Notes under the pieces: generated by a model | Database searches by the model: none | What the model saw: the letters and a program-made list of their open reading frames with translations, nothing else | What the model was told of the DNA's origin: nothing | Origin: Spirochaetaceae bacterium | GTDB lineage: Bacteria > Spirochaetota > Spirochaetia > DSM-2461 | Direction of reading: 5' to 3' | Assembly (NCBI GenBank): GCA_965224705.1 | Contig: OZ245056.1 | Location: forward strand, 2,432,001-2,496,000 | DNA length: 64,000 nt | In this document: positions 41,003 to 52,029 of the stretch, piece after piece | Layout: each line of letters opens with the position of its first letter | Numbering within the stretch: the first letter of the stretch is position 1 | Position numbers and translations under genes: made by a program

Positions 41003-43453
41003 TCAGACTCCAGGATCATGACAGGGAACAGTATTCCAGATTTCAGCTGCATATTCTCTGATTGAACGATCGGAACTGAATCTTCCACTGCCGGCAATGT
41101 TGTGCAGGGCCATTTGATTCCATATCTCCCGATTTGTCCATGTCAGATTTGCTTTTTTTCGTGCTTCACGGTAGGAAGCAAAATCGGTTAATACGAAATA
41201 GTTGTCAGCAGCATTTCCTTCCACTCCATGAACCAGGGAATCATACAATTCCCTGAAGTCATCGCCTGAACCAAGGGTTCCATCGACAAGAGTGTTTAAT
41301 GCACGTTTAAGCATGGGATCTGATTCAAGTATGGCGGCAGGATTGTTTTCTTTTGAATTACGGAGGGCGGCAACTTCCTCAGGAAGCATTCCGAAAATAA
41401 AAGCATTGTCCTCGCCGACTTCGTCAACGATTTCAATATTGGCACCGTCCATAGTGCCCAGGGTAACGGCTCCATTCATCATGAATTTCATATTGCCAGT
41501 CCCTGAAGCTTCTTTTCCGGCAGTGGATATCTGCTGAGATATTTCTGCACCTGGGAAGAGTATCTCGGCAACACTCACCCGGTAATCGGGGATAAAAACA
41601 ACTTTGAGACGTTCGGAGTTTTTTTTATCGTTGTTAATGATATTGGCCGCAGTATGAATCAGATGGATGATTTGCCTGGCTCTTCTATAACCTGGTGCTG
41701 CTTTACCCCCGAAAAAAATAGTTCGGTGCGGTATCATCAATTCCGGATTTTCCTTGAGAATCAACCAGTCGTGTATGACTGAGAGAATGTTCATCAGCTG
41801 ACGCTTGTACTCGTGAAGACGCTTTATCTGTACATCAAACAAGCTGGATGGATCAATGATCTGACCGGTGAGTTGTCGGGTCAGACTGGCCACCCGTATT
41901 TTGTTGATCTGTTTTATTTCGCCCAGATTCAGCAGTATGGCCCTATCACCGGCCAGAGATTTCAGATTCCTGAGCAGTGACAGGTCTTTTGTCCATTGGG
42001 GTCCAATTGTTTCATTCAAAAAACTTGCCAGGGAGGGATTGGCTTTTCTCAACCAGCGTCTCTGCGTAACACCATTTGTTTTATTGTTGAATTTGTCCGG
42101 CCAGAGTTTGTACCAGTCGTTGAGCACACTGGTTTTGAGGATCTCTGTGTGTATGGCGGCAACTCCGTTGATGCTGAAAGAGGCCACAATAGCCAGATGA
42201 GCCATTTTGATCATTCCATCAGCCAGTATGGACATTCTATGATGCCGTTCTCTTTCTCCAGGGACTGTTTTAATGAGTAAGGCCATGAAACATCTGTTAA
42301 TCTCTTCCACAATTTGTATAAGACGTGGACACTCCGCACGAAAAAGGTCAATACTCCATTGCTCCAGTGCTTCGGTCAGAACTGTATGATTCGTATAGGC
42401 AAAGGTTCGAGTGGTTATCTCCCATGCCTGATCCCATTCCAATCCTTCAATATCCAGAAGCAGCCGCATGAGTTCAGGTATGGCGATTACGGGATGGGTA
42501 TCGTTAAGCTGTATAACCGCCTTTTCTGGAAATAATGAGAGGTCTTCACCATAAACAACATGGTATTCCCGGATGATATCCTGCAGAGATGCGGAAGCAA
42601 AAAAATACTGTTGACGCAGCCGTAAAACCTTACCGGCCGGATTGCTGTCATCAGGGTAGAGTATTCTTGTAAGATCTTCCGCCCTGTTCTGAAATTCCAC
42701 AGCTTTCTGATATTCTGTGCTATTGAACAGCTGGAGGTTAAATCCATCCACTGATTCAGCTTCCCACAGTCTCAGGGTATTGATGGTTCCAGTTTTCCAG
42801 CCAATGACAGGCATATCACAGGGTATGGCCCGTACATCCTCCGTATCCACAAGTCTGAACCTGGGTGTACCATCAGAGTTTATTTCACTGACCACGCGTC
42901 CTCCAAAAGGCACGATGACCATTTGATCAGTTCGGCGTATGGACCATGGATCGCTTTTGGCCATCCAGTCATCGGGTTCTTCCACCTGCCTGCCGTTGAT
43001 TATTTCCTGTCGGAACATTCCATACCTGTAGCGTATGCCATATCCACGGGCTGGCAGGTTGAGAGTGGCCAGTGATTCCATAAAACAGGCGGCCAGACGG
43101 CCAAGGCCTCCATTGCCCAGCGCTGCATCCGGTTCAGCATCCTCGGCGGCATTGAAATCAACATCTATTTCCTCGAAAGCCGCGGTAATATCATCTCTCC
43201 AGCCAAGATTGATGAGATTGTTTCCCAATACGCGACCGATGAGGTATTCCGCAGAAAAGTAATATGCCTTCTTCAGTCCGAATGAATGCACATGTTTCTC
43301 GACATCTCTCCACTGATTCCAGAGCAGATCCATGATGGCCCTGGAAACAGCTTCATAGATATCTCTGGAACTCGCTCCAGCAGTTCCATCTCCTGTTTTT
43401 CTATCAATCCAATAGTAAAATCGATCCAGGAACTTCTTCTTATCCAGTTTCAT
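41003..43453 (-). CDS. glgP: Glycogen/starch phosphorylase
   Basis: LGNGGLGRLAACF, QLNDTHP, KRLHEYKRQ, EASGTGNMKFMMNG. Confidence 0.97.
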   Translation of the reverse strand: MKLDKKKFLDRFYYWIDRKTGDGTAGASSRDIYEAVSRAIMDLLWNQWRDVEKHVHSFGLKKAYYFSAEYLIGRVLGNNLINLGWRDDITAAFEEIDVDFNAAEDAEPDAALGNGGLGRLAACFMESLATLNLPARGYGIRYRYGMFRQEIINGRQVEEPDDWMAKSDPWSIRRTDQMVIVPFGGRVVSEINSDGTPRFRLVDTEDVRAIPCDMPVIGWKTGTINTLRLWEAESVDGFNLQLFNSTEYQKAVEFQNRAEDLTRILYPDDSNPAGKVLRLRQQYFFASASLQDIIREYHVVYGEDLSLFPEKAVIQLNDTHPVIAIPELMRLLLDIEGLEWDQAWEITTRTFAYTNHTVLTEALEQWSIDLFRAECPRLIQIVEEINRCFMALLIKTVPGERERHHRMSILADGMIKMAHLAIVASFSINGVAAIHTEILKTSVLNDWYKLWPDKFNNKTNGVTQRRWLRKANPSLASFLNETIGPQWTKDLSLLRNLKSLAGDRAILLNLGEIKQINKIRVASLTRQLTGQIIDPSSLFDVQIKRLHEYKRQLMNILSVIHDWLILKENPELMIPHRTIFFGGKAAPGYRRARQIIHLIHTAANIINNDKKNSERLKVVFIPDYRVSVAEILFPGAEISQQISTAGKEASGTGNMKFMMNGAVTLGTMDGANIEIVDEVGEDNAFIFGMLPEEVAALRNSKENNPAAILESDPMLKRALNTLVDGTLGSGDDFRELYDSLVHGVEGNAADNYFVLTDFASYREARKKANLTWTNREIWNQMALHNIAGSGRFSSDRSIREYAAEIWNTVPCHDPGV

Positions 43454-43462
43454 TCTCTTCTC

Positions 43463-44782
43463 TCATAAGATTTCTGCATGCTCATCAATGATGCGGATGT
43501 TTACAGCATTCCCGTTCACGAAGGGCATGGCTTTAATGTTTTCAAATGCTCTTGTGATATCTTTCACCCTGGCTTCATGGGTAGTAAGGACAACCGGGAC
43601 ACAATCCCCCTCGTGATATTCTTTTTGTACAAAAGAATTAAGGCTTATATTTCTTTCAGCCATTTCAGTTGCGATTTTCGCAACAACACCACTTTTGTCC
43701 TCTACATCGAAACGCAGATAATGTCGGTGGGTGGTGTTCTGCATATCAGCCAGTTTTATCGGCTCATGTTGATCTGGCCAGAGAGGTAGCTTCTGAAACA
43801 GAACAGGCCAGGTTCCTATGACAATGGAGAGAATATCCGATACAGTAGCAGAGGCTGTGGGGTTTCCACCAGCACCCCTGCCATAGTACATGGTATGCCC
43901 TACGGCATTGCCATAGACACTTATCGCATTGAATGGCCCTGAAACAAAGGCAAGAGGGTGGTCGTCAGGGAGAAATACAGGTTTGACCGCCATTTCCAGA
44001 CCCTGATTGGACCGGCGGGCAAAGGCAATGAGTTTGAGAATGTAACCAAGTTCCCTGCCCGTGGTTACATCGAATAAATCAAGATTATCTATTCCTTCAA
44101 CAGGTATGGCATTCAGGGGAATAATCCCGCCGAATGCAAGAGATGCCAGCAGGGTGAGTTTGTGAGCTGCATCGGTTCCATTAACATCCAGTGCGGGATC
44201 GGCTTCTGCAAGTCCATCAGCCTGGGCCTGTCTGAGGGCTTCCTCATAGGTTTTTCCGTGTTCCACCATTTCGGTCAATATGAAATTAGATGTTCCATTG
44301 ACGATACCATATAAGGCGTCGTTTGTGTTGGCTGACAATCCATCGCTCAGAGCTTTTATTACAGGTATTCCACCGGCACAGCAGGCTTCCATTCCAATGC
44401 TGACATTGTTTTCCCGTGCCAGTTCAAAGAGTTCTGTGCCGTGATGGGCCAGGAGGGCCTTGTTCGCCGTTACTACGTGTTTTCCCGCTTTTAATGACTT
44501 TTCAATTATGTTTTTTGCATGGGTGACTCCTCCGACAGTTTCCACTACGAGGTGAATAGAGTCATCTGCCAGAACTTCATCCAGGTTTCTCGTGAACAGG
44601 TTTTCGTCAAGGCCAGCTTCCCTGGCTTTGTTAAATGTTACACTGATCAGGGCTTTGATGACCAGTTTTCTCCCCGTCAAATTATTGAAGCGTTCACTGT
44701 TTTCGTTTAACAAAGCTGCAGTAGCATTGCCGACTGTACCGCATCCTGCAATGGCTATACCAAATTCTTGAGAATTCTCCAT
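43463..44782 (-). CDS. hom: Homoserine dehydrogenase with C-terminal ACT domain
   Basis: GCGTVG, HVVTANKA, GIVNGTSNFIL, AEADPALDVNGTDAAHK; ATG 44782 after GGAGGT. Confidence 0.95.
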   Translation of the reverse strand: MENSQEFGIAIAGCGTVGNATAALLNENSERFNNLTGRKLVIKALISVTFNKAREAGLDENLFTRNLDEVLADDSIHLVVETVGGVTHAKNIIEKSLKAGKHVVTANKALLAHHGTELFELARENNVSIGMEACCAGGIPVIKALSDGLSANTNDALYGIVNGTSNFILTEMVEHGKTYEEALRQAQADGLAEADPALDVNGTDAAHKLTLLASLAFGGIIPLNAIPVEGIDNLDLFDVTTGRELGYILKLIAFARRSNQGLEMAVKPVFLPDDHPLAFVSGPFNAISVYGNAVGHTMYYGRGAGGNPTASATVSDILSIVIGTWPVLFQKLPLWPDQHEPIKLADMQNTTHRHYLRFDVEDKSGVVAKIATEMAERNISLNSFVQKEYHEGDCVPVVLTTHEARVKDITRAFENIKAMPFVNGNAVNIRIIDEHAEIL

Positions 44783-44969
44783 AATACCTCCATGGTGATT
44801 TGAAAGAATGAATGAAGGTGAAATCTTTTTCAAGAGGTTTTATCCCTGAATTAGAAGGATGATGACTGGTTCTCATGTGCAAAACAATGCAAGGGTTGAC
44901 ATGAATTTATGATTTTTTTAGGATTCAGTGACAACTAGAAAATCCAGGATTATGATTACAGGAGCTGAT

Positions 44970-45569
44970 ATGAAAAGTATTTCAGTCATTACAATTCTCA
45001 TTGCAGTTCTTGCAGGCTGTGCAAGTAGTGCGCCGAATGTCACACGGACGTCTTCTGATGAAGTTATCGATTTAAGTGGACGCTGGAATGATACAGATTC
45101 CCGATTGACGGCAGAAACAATGGTGAATTCCATGCTTACTGGTGTGTGGGCAGGCCAGTTTATGTCGGAAGAAGATAGAATCCCGATTGTTATTGTTGGA
45201 CGCATCCGCAACAAAAGTTCCGAACACATTGATTCAGACACATTTGTCAAGGATATTGAACGGGAATTGGTGAATAGCGGCAAGGTTTCCTTTGTTGCAG
45301 CCGGTAAGGAAAGAGAAGAAGTGCGTGCTGAGCGGGAGGATCAACAATCCAATGCTGCTCAATCAACTGCAAAGGCCTTAGCCGCTGAAACAGGAGCTGA
45401 TTTTATGATTCAAGGAATCATAACCAGCCAGACAGATGCTATTGAAGGAAAAAGAGCGACACTCTACAAAGTTGATATGGAACTCATCGATTTAGAGACA
45501 AATCAGAAGGTTTGGATTGATACCAGGAAGATTAAAAAACTTGTAGAACAGAAAAAATCTTCATGGTGA
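44970..45569 (+). CDS. LpoB-family lipoprotein
   Basis: Lipobox LAGC; DLSGRWNDTDSRL, NKSSEHID, GADF. Confidence 0.85.
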   Translation: MKSISVITILIAVLAGCASSAPNVTRTSSDEVIDLSGRWNDTDSRLTAETMVNSMLTGVWAGQFMSEEDRIPIVIVGRIRNKSSEHIDSDTFVKDIERELVNSGKVSFVAAGKEREEVRAEREDQQSNAAQSTAKALAAETGADFMIQGIITSQTDAIEGKRATLYKVDMELIDLETNQKVWIDTRKIKKLVEQKKSSW

Positions 45570-46981
45570 TATCTTCTTTCGGGTATCGATTAATCCCGAT
45601 AGTTCTTCTCAGCATATCCGTCTCCTGTGCCAGCACAAGGACAGCACAGGAACAATACGCTGAAACCATCCCACTGGTAAGAAAGGGGGAATATCAACGA
45701 GCTGCCGAAATAATCAAAGACGCCAAGGAAGATAGATACAAGGAAAAGGACAGGGTTCTCTATTATCTGGACTCAGGTATGCTCATGCACTGGGCAGGTG
45801 AGTATGAAGAGAGTAATCGATTACTCACTCAAGCTGAAGAAGGAATTGAAGAATTGTTCACTAAAAGCATATCTAAAGGACTCTCATCGGCAGTTCTGAA
45901 CGATAATGCCCTGGATTACTCTGGCGAAGACTATGAGGATGTCTATCTCAATGTCTTTAAATGTTTAAATTACATTGCTTCTGGTGATATTGAGTCTGCC
46001 CATGTAGAAATCCGCAGGGTTCAGATTAAACTCAATCTTCTTGAGGATAAGTACAAAAAACTTGTTGAGGAATACAATGCCTCAGAAGAGGCCGAAGGAC
46101 AGATTGAAGCAAGGGAAAACAGGTTTCACAACGATGTTCTGGCACGGTATCTGAGTCTTCTCCTTTACCGTGCGGAAGGAGCATTGGATGATGCCCGGAT
46201 AGATCTTCAGTCAATAAATGACGCCTGGCTTACTTTGCCTCAGTTATATGATTTCGAAAAACCGCCTCTACCTGCCATTGAGGAGCTTTCTGATGGTAAT
46301 GCTCTGGTTAATTTCATAAGTTTTACCGGATTAAGTCCTGTAAAACTGGCTGATACTCTCAGGATTAACAGCGGCGCAGATAAACTGTTTCTCACCATGG
46401 AAGGACAGGATGAGGAATATGTTAACAGTTTGACAGGTTTTACAGTCCTCCCCGTACCTGGAACAGCCGCAGGAGTCCATTTCAAAATACAGTTCCCCCG
46501 GCTGGAGAGTCGTCAAACATCGGTTGATCGCATCATTGTAAAACTTGATGGGAAATCTATGCATGAAATTCTACTGCTGGAGGATATGGAAGCGATAGCA
46601 AGGGAGACTTTTCTTCTCAAACTTCCTCTTACTGTTGGACGTACAATCATCCGGGCAACTGTAAAACATATTGCAAAAGAAACTGGAAAGGCAGCACTGA
46701 ATCAGGGTTTGAGTGATCAGGGAGTTGGAGGGGCAATTGTCGGCGTTTTGGCTGGTATAGCTGCAGAAGTTGCGGTTGATGCTTCTGAAAATGCGGATCT
46801 CCGCATATCTCAGTTTTTCCCGTCATCAGCATGGGCTGCAGAAATCTCAATTAAACCTGGATCCTACCATGTCAGTCTGGACTATTGGGATGGAGATGTT
46901 CTGCTGGGAACAATTGATCATGGAGTTCGTGAATTTGTTCCCGGGCAGCTTAACTTAGTTGAAAGTTACCTATTGAAATAA
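45563..46981 (+). CDS. TPR-like lipoprotein (COG3014-like)
   Basis: Lipobox SVSC; NDNALDYSGEDYE, ADLR motifs. Confidence 0.75.
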   Translation: MVISSFGYRLIPIVLLSISVSCASTRTAQEQYAETIPLVRKGEYQRAAEIIKDAKEDRYKEKDRVLYYLDSGMLMHWAGEYEESNRLLTQAEEGIEELFTKSISKGLSSAVLNDNALDYSGEDYEDVYLNVFKCLNYIASGDIESAHVEIRRVQIKLNLLEDKYKKLVEEYNASEEAEGQIEARENRFHNDVLARYLSLLLYRAEGALDDARIDLQSINDAWLTLPQLYDFEKPPLPAIEELSDGNALVNFISFTGLSPVKLADTLRINSGADKLFLTMEGQDEEYVNSLTGFTVLPVPGTAAGVHFKIQFPRLESRQTSVDRIIVKLDGKSMHEILLLEDMEAIARETFLLKLPLTVGRTIIRATVKHIAKETGKAALNQGLSDQGVGGAIVGVLAGIAAEVAVDASENADLRISQFFPSSAWAAEISIKPGSYHVSLDYWDGDVLLGTIDHGVREFVPGQLNLVESYLLK

Positions 46982-46990
46982 GGAGAAACT

Positions 46991-48049
46991 ATGTCAAATA
47001 CCGGATATGTTGTTCATTGGATCATGATTTCAATCGCTGTGATGAGTATTTCATGTGCATCAGCTCCTCCCGCATCTGTATCTGTTCCCCGTGGAGGTGA
47101 TGCACCGGATTGGGTGAGAGACAAGGATTCTGCCTACCCCGTGGCCCAATACCTTGCCGAACTTGGTGAGGGAGACAGTCTTAAAGGGGCAAAATCCAAT
47201 GCGGCAGGAGCAATAGCTCAGCTTTTCAAAACACAGATAACGGTTGACAGCACAATTCGCACCCGATATAAGGAAATTACAGGTCAGGATGATGCCATTC
47301 TTGATCTAACCACCCAGACAGATATTGATCAGACAATTGGCCAGAGTGCTGATGAATCCCTGTCCAATCTTAGATTTGGAGAATCATGGCAAAATGACAT
47401 GGGACAGGTCTATGTCATTGCTTATCTCGACAGGACTGAGACTGGAAACCTCTACAGGCAGCGCATTCTTGATGACGATAATCGGGTCGTGGAGTTACTC
47501 AATCGTTCACGCAGCCAGGAAGAAGCCCTACGCCGTTATGCTTTCGTCGATGCGGCCCTTGTGATGGCTGAATCAAATATGGTCCTTGTGGAGCAGCTTG
47601 AAATCATTAACCTGCCCATGTCTCGATCCATTATTCACCCGTATGACCTTGGAAATCTTAAGGCGGAGAAAGACAATCTGGCTTCAGAATTAAGAATCAA
47701 ACTGGAAGTAACTGGTGATGACTCTGATCAGGTTGAGGCCGCCCTTTCCGATTGGGTCACCGGCCGGGGATTTTCAATCACACCGGATGGAGATATGTTC
47801 CTGACAGGAGTTGTCAACATCATACCCGTGGAGCTTGATAATGATTATACAAATCTGAATTGGGAGTTGAATCTCAACCTTCTTGACAGCAATGGCATCC
47901 CGGCTGTATCTCTGGCAAACCAGGATCGCTCAACGGGAATAAGTGATTCAGCCGCTGTTTCCCGGGTTTACCAGGATATGACAGGTATGATTCGCAAAAA
48001 ATTTGATAAGGCCTTTAATAAGTATCTTAATTCTTTCCTGGATAAATAG
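46991..48049 (+). CDS. LPP20-like lipoprotein
   Basis: Lipobox SISC; PDWV, AKSNAAGAIA. Confidence 0.7.
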   Translation: MSNTGYVVHWIMISIAVMSISCASAPPASVSVPRGGDAPDWVRDKDSAYPVAQYLAELGEGDSLKGAKSNAAGAIAQLFKTQITVDSTIRTRYKEITGQDDAILDLTTQTDIDQTIGQSADESLSNLRFGESWQNDMGQVYVIAYLDRTETGNLYRQRILDDDNRVVELLNRSRSQEEALRRYAFVDAALVMAESNMVLVEQLEIINLPMSRSIIHPYDLGNLKAEKDNLASELRIKLEVTGDDSDQVEAALSDWVTGRGFSITPDGDMFLTGVVNIIPVELDNDYTNLNWELNLNLLDSNGIPAVSLANQDRSTGISDSAAVSRVYQDMTGMIRKKFDKAFNKYLNSFLDK

Positions 48050-48051
48050 CA

Positions 48052-48938
48052 TTGCAGGATAAACGGGGGCTTTTCGCTTTTCTGGCGGCATTTTTTTTTT
48101 ACTTATCTTCCCGGTCAGGCCTGTTTTCTCACGGGATGCACGACAGATTTTTGATACCCTGCTTCAGGCCTATCCTGAGAAGATTTCCAATGTAAGTTAT
48201 CAGGATGGGGAATGGAGTTTTATGATCAGGGAAACTCTGCTTTTCTGGGCTGATGGTCGATTACTACCTCTCAGTGATAAGAATCAGGAAGAAAAGTATT
48301 CTCCATACCATTTTTACCAGAGCCCAGAAGAAATGCCGCTTATCCGAACACTTTCCAGGAGTGAACAGCACAGGATTCAGGAGGGTATTAAGCGTCAGGA
48401 ATCCAGGAAGTATCCGCGACACCCAGCTTTTCTTAACTCACTATGGGGTATGAAGGATTTCCAAACTGCTGAAAACACTGTTCAATCCATTGTTTTTCTT
48501 GGAAAGGATATCCTGGTTCATCCAGAAATAGTTGAAAAACTTGCCCTTGTTGAGAAAACAATCAGGAAATTGGCATCCCATGATGAAACAGTCGGAATCT
48601 GGTTGAAAAGCCTGTCAACCATTGGAGCTTATGTCTGGAGAGATGTTGCAGGTTCAGCAAATCGGAGCCTTCATTCTTATGGTCTGGCCCTGGATCTGAT
48701 TCCTGAGGATTATGGAGGCAAACAGGTTTACTGGCGATGGTCCAGGTTCTATAATCCCGAATGGTGGGCAATACCTTATGAGGAGAGATATTTTCCTCCA
48801 GAGTCTGTAATCCTTGCTTTCGAAAAACAGGGATTCATCTGGGGAGGAAAATGGTTCTTCTTTGATCAAATTCACTTTGAGTATCGTCCGGAATTACTCA
48901 CCAGTCGTGATCATTTGAAGAAGAATTTACAGGATTGA
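48052..48938 (+). pseudogene. M15 family peptidoglycan metallopeptidase, frameshifted at a T10 tract
   Basis: RSLHSYGLALD and DQIHFEY Zn motifs; catalytic frame open from 48063 with no ATG/GTG/TTG until 48222; TTG 48052 plus signal peptide lies in another frame, joined at T10 (48091-48100). Confidence 0.7.
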
Positions 48939-49138
48939 GAACAGTGAAGGTGCAAAGCAGTATCCCTCCGCCACCCTTCTGTCCCAGGTGCATTCATTAC
49001 TTCGTTACATGGGACGTCAATTTCCCAAGGGGGTGTCGGCTGTTTGGCATTAAATCCCGTCAATTGCCCAGTACTGAAGTCCGCATGGCCAATGGTATTG
49101 ATTGCCCCTCATTTCAGAAGAAGCAGCACTTGAAATAA
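48935..49138 (+). CDS. Small Cys-rich conserved hypothetical protein
   Basis: CPRCIHYFVTWD..FPRGC..FGIKS..LPS...G..CP.F pattern. Confidence 0.7.
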   Translation: MRTVKVQSSIPPPPFCPRCIHYFVTWDVNFPRGCRLFGIKSRQLPSTEVRMANGIDCPSFQKKQHLK

Positions 49139-49179
49139 AAGCTCTTTCTCCTGCTCAGGCTTAGGGGTATAATGACAGT

Positions 49180-50283
49180 ATGAACTGCGGAATCATTGGT
49201 CTTCCAAATGTTGGTAAATCAACAATATTTTCAGCCCTGACTTCAGTGCCCGCTGAGGCAGCCAACTATCCTTTCTCCACGATTAACCCGAATGTTGGAA
49301 TTGTGGATGTTCCTGATCCTCGTCTTGATCGAATTCATGAAATCATCAAAGCTGATAGGCGGGTTTTTGCTACAACAGAATTTGTGGATATTGCCGGTTT
49401 GGTAAAGGGTGCGTCTCAGGGCGAAGGACTGGGAAACCAGTTTCTTGCGAACATCCGTTCTGTGGGTATCATCGCCCATGTCATCCGATGCTTTGAAAAT
49501 GATGACATTGTTCATGTTGACGGCAAACTCAATCCAGTCAACGATGTGGAAATTGTCAATACGGAACTTGTTCTGGCCGACCTTCAAACTGTTGAGAAAC
49601 GACTCGAAAAAAACAGCCGTCAGGCGAAGGCTTCTGATCCAAAAACACGGCAGGAAGCACTGGCTCTGACGGAATTGCTGAGCAGAGTGGAAGCCCATCT
49701 GCAGGAAGGGATGCCAGTCCGGAATATGCTGCTCGACAGTTCTGATTCTGCCCGTCTTAAAGAATTGTTTCTGCTGACTGCCAAGAAGCAGATATATGTG
49801 TGCAATGTTGACGAGGGCGGAATCGCTAACGAAACACCCCATACTGCCGCCGTCCGGAAAATGGCCGCCGAACAGAATGCTGAAGTTATTGTACTGTCAG
49901 GAAAACTTGAAGCCGACATTGCCTCCCTTGAAAATGAAGAAGAACGGGCACTGTTTCTTGAAGAATCCGGTATAACAGAATCCGGCCTATCATTATTAGT
50001 TAGAAGTGCCTGCTCTTCCCTGAATTTGAGAACATTTTTTACGGTTGGCGGCACTGAGAACCGAGCCTGGACATTTAAAAACGGAGCAATGGCACCCCAA
50101 TGTGCCGGTATAATTCATTCCGATTTTGAACGGGGTTTCATCAAAGCTGAAGTCTTCAATTGTAACGATCTGTTTGATCTTGGCAGTGAATCGTCCGTAA
50201 AATCTGCCGGCAAGCTGCGTCTTGAAGGCAGAGAGTACCCTGTACAGGACGGTGATGTTCTTCATTTCAAGTTCAATGTCTGA
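49180..50283 (+). CDS. ychF: Ribosome-binding ATPase YchF
   Basis: GIIGLPNVGKST, DIAGLVKGASQGEGLGNQFL, IHSDFERGFIKAEV. Confidence 0.98.
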   Translation: MNCGIIGLPNVGKSTIFSALTSVPAEAANYPFSTINPNVGIVDVPDPRLDRIHEIIKADRRVFATTEFVDIAGLVKGASQGEGLGNQFLANIRSVGIIAHVIRCFENDDIVHVDGKLNPVNDVEIVNTELVLADLQTVEKRLEKNSRQAKASDPKTRQEALALTELLSRVEAHLQEGMPVRNMLLDSSDSARLKELFLLTAKKQIYVCNVDEGGIANETPHTAAVRKMAAEQNAEVIVLSGKLEADIASLENEEERALFLEESGITESGLSLLVRSACSSLNLRTFFTVGGTENRAWTFKNGAMAPQCAGIIHSDFERGFIKAEVFNCNDLFDLGSESSVKSAGKLRLEGREYPVQDGDVLHFKFNV

Positions 50284-50471
50284 CAGTACTTCTGGTTTCA
50301 CCCTCCCTGATACAGCAATCGGCAGATGGGCTACACAGGCATCATCGTGGGCCAGCCCTGCGCAATCAATCCAGATGGTCCAACTCTGGCGGCAACTCCT
50401 ATATCTGGTTCTTGGGGAAAGGGCAGGGAAGAATGCACAACCTTCCTGTCAGTGCATGTGGAAAAACCTGG

Positions 50472-51833
50472 TTATCGCAAATATCCCAGCCAGTCCTGCT
50501 GCTGATCAATCATGGTATCCACCATTTCAGACATCCCATGGTAGTTATTGACCATCGGACATGCCAGCACCGCCTGAAGTACGAGATTCCGGCTCTCCTG
50601 TAGTATGGCTTCGGCAGTAAGGTCATACACACCCGCATAGCTCCGCATCAGGGCACCAAATCCCTTTGGATAATCATCAAAGTGTACTGGCTGTATTCCA
50701 TTCTTATGTATGATTCCCGGTACCTCCACCGCAATGGAATCAGGAAAGTCGGGAATCGCCCCATTATTAAGAACATTGACCGCAAGCTCCTCATGACCGG
50801 AATCGGTGATGATTCCTTCAATAATGGGAATGACCCGTTCATGGACATCCAGCGTGATTTCAGACCAGGACTGGTTTGAGAGGGCATAACGGTAGAACTC
50901 ATAAAAGTCCATAATCCCCTTATGATCGGCGGCATCCTGGGCCCAGGAAACATACTCGCCAAGATGGCTGTCCAATGTGATGGGAAGCAGTCCATAAGTC
51001 TCAAAAATAGCCCGAAACAGACGTCTGTCCGTCCAGGGGCGTTTGCTCTCCTGCCTGTTTATCATCCAGCGTTCATTTGTTCCTTCCGTTCGGGGAACAG
51101 TGCCCGTTTCACGGACGTAGTCCCAGATATCAGTAAACCCTGGTTCCTTTTCAAAGAAGGCAGGTGCCTTGTGCCTTATGTCGGGATAAGCATCTTTTCC
51201 GCTGTCAATATAATGGGCCTCAAGCAAAACGGAGAAATGATTCAAGCCTGCTGCCCTGACCTGAAGATTTTCCAATCCGGTGTCCAGGATGGCGGGTAAA
51301 TAACGTTCGAGAGATGCGATTTCATGACACAGTCCAATAAATCTGAGATCTGGATACCTGCGAAGCACTGTTGTGGTGATGGCCGTCATGGGATTTGAGT
51401 AGTTGAATACAATGGCATCGGGACAGTGTAATTCCACATCGCCGCAGATTTCCAGGATGGGAGGAATGATGCGCAGGGCGTGAAAAATCCCGCCGGGACC
51501 GCCATTCTCCCCATAAACTTGATTGACACCGAACTGCAGGGGAGTCTTCCAATCCTGGTCCCAGAGTGTAAATCGATCGCCCACTTCAATGGAAATTATG
51601 ATGAAAGCGGCTCCTTTTAGAGCCTCAGCCCGGTCAGTGGTGGCTGAAAGGGTGAATTCCAGACCATGTTTCTCAATGAATTCACATCCTTTTTTGTATA
51701 CGGCATCCAGAGCCATGCCATTGATGTCCAGCAGAACTAATTCCGTTCCCCTGAGTACCGAACTCTGAAATACTTCACCCATTGTTCCTAAACCGAATTG
51801 GGAACTTCCTGCTCCAATGAGAACAATTTTCAT
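50472..51833 (-). CDS. Family 4 glycoside hydrolase (NAD-dependent alpha-glucosidase/galactosidase)
   Basis: KIVLIGAGS, GENGGPGG, NYSNP, GLCHE, AGLNHF. Confidence 0.92.
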   Translation of the reverse strand: MKIVLIGAGSSQFGLGTMGEVFQSSVLRGTELVLLDINGMALDAVYKKGCEFIEKHGLEFTLSATTDRAEALKGAAFIIISIEVGDRFTLWDQDWKTPLQFGVNQVYGENGGPGGIFHALRIIPPILEICGDVELHCPDAIVFNYSNPMTAITTTVLRRYPDLRFIGLCHEIASLERYLPAILDTGLENLQVRAAGLNHFSVLLEAHYIDSGKDAYPDIRHKAPAFFEKEPGFTDIWDYVRETGTVPRTEGTNERWMINRQESKRPWTDRRLFRAIFETYGLLPITLDSHLGEYVSWAQDAADHKGIMDFYEFYRYALSNQSWSEITLDVHERVIPIIEGIITDSGHEELAVNVLNNGAIPDFPDSIAVEVPGIIHKNGIQPVHFDDYPKGFGALMRSYAGVYDLTAEAILQESRNLVLQAVLACPMVNNYHGMSEMVDTMIDQQQDWLGYLR

Positions 51834-52029
51834 AATATCTCCTTCAGGGCATCTTCAAGATAGTTCCGGCTCTGACTTGAATTTCTGTCAGATTCCGGGA
51901 AGCTGTTATTGAGATTCCTTTCATTTCCAGAACCTATTCATTAACGACCGGGGGGGTATTGTCAATGGGAAAACAATGTATCCAGAAAGATCGCACGAAT
52001 AATGAGTATTGAAAACTGTGTATCTGGTT

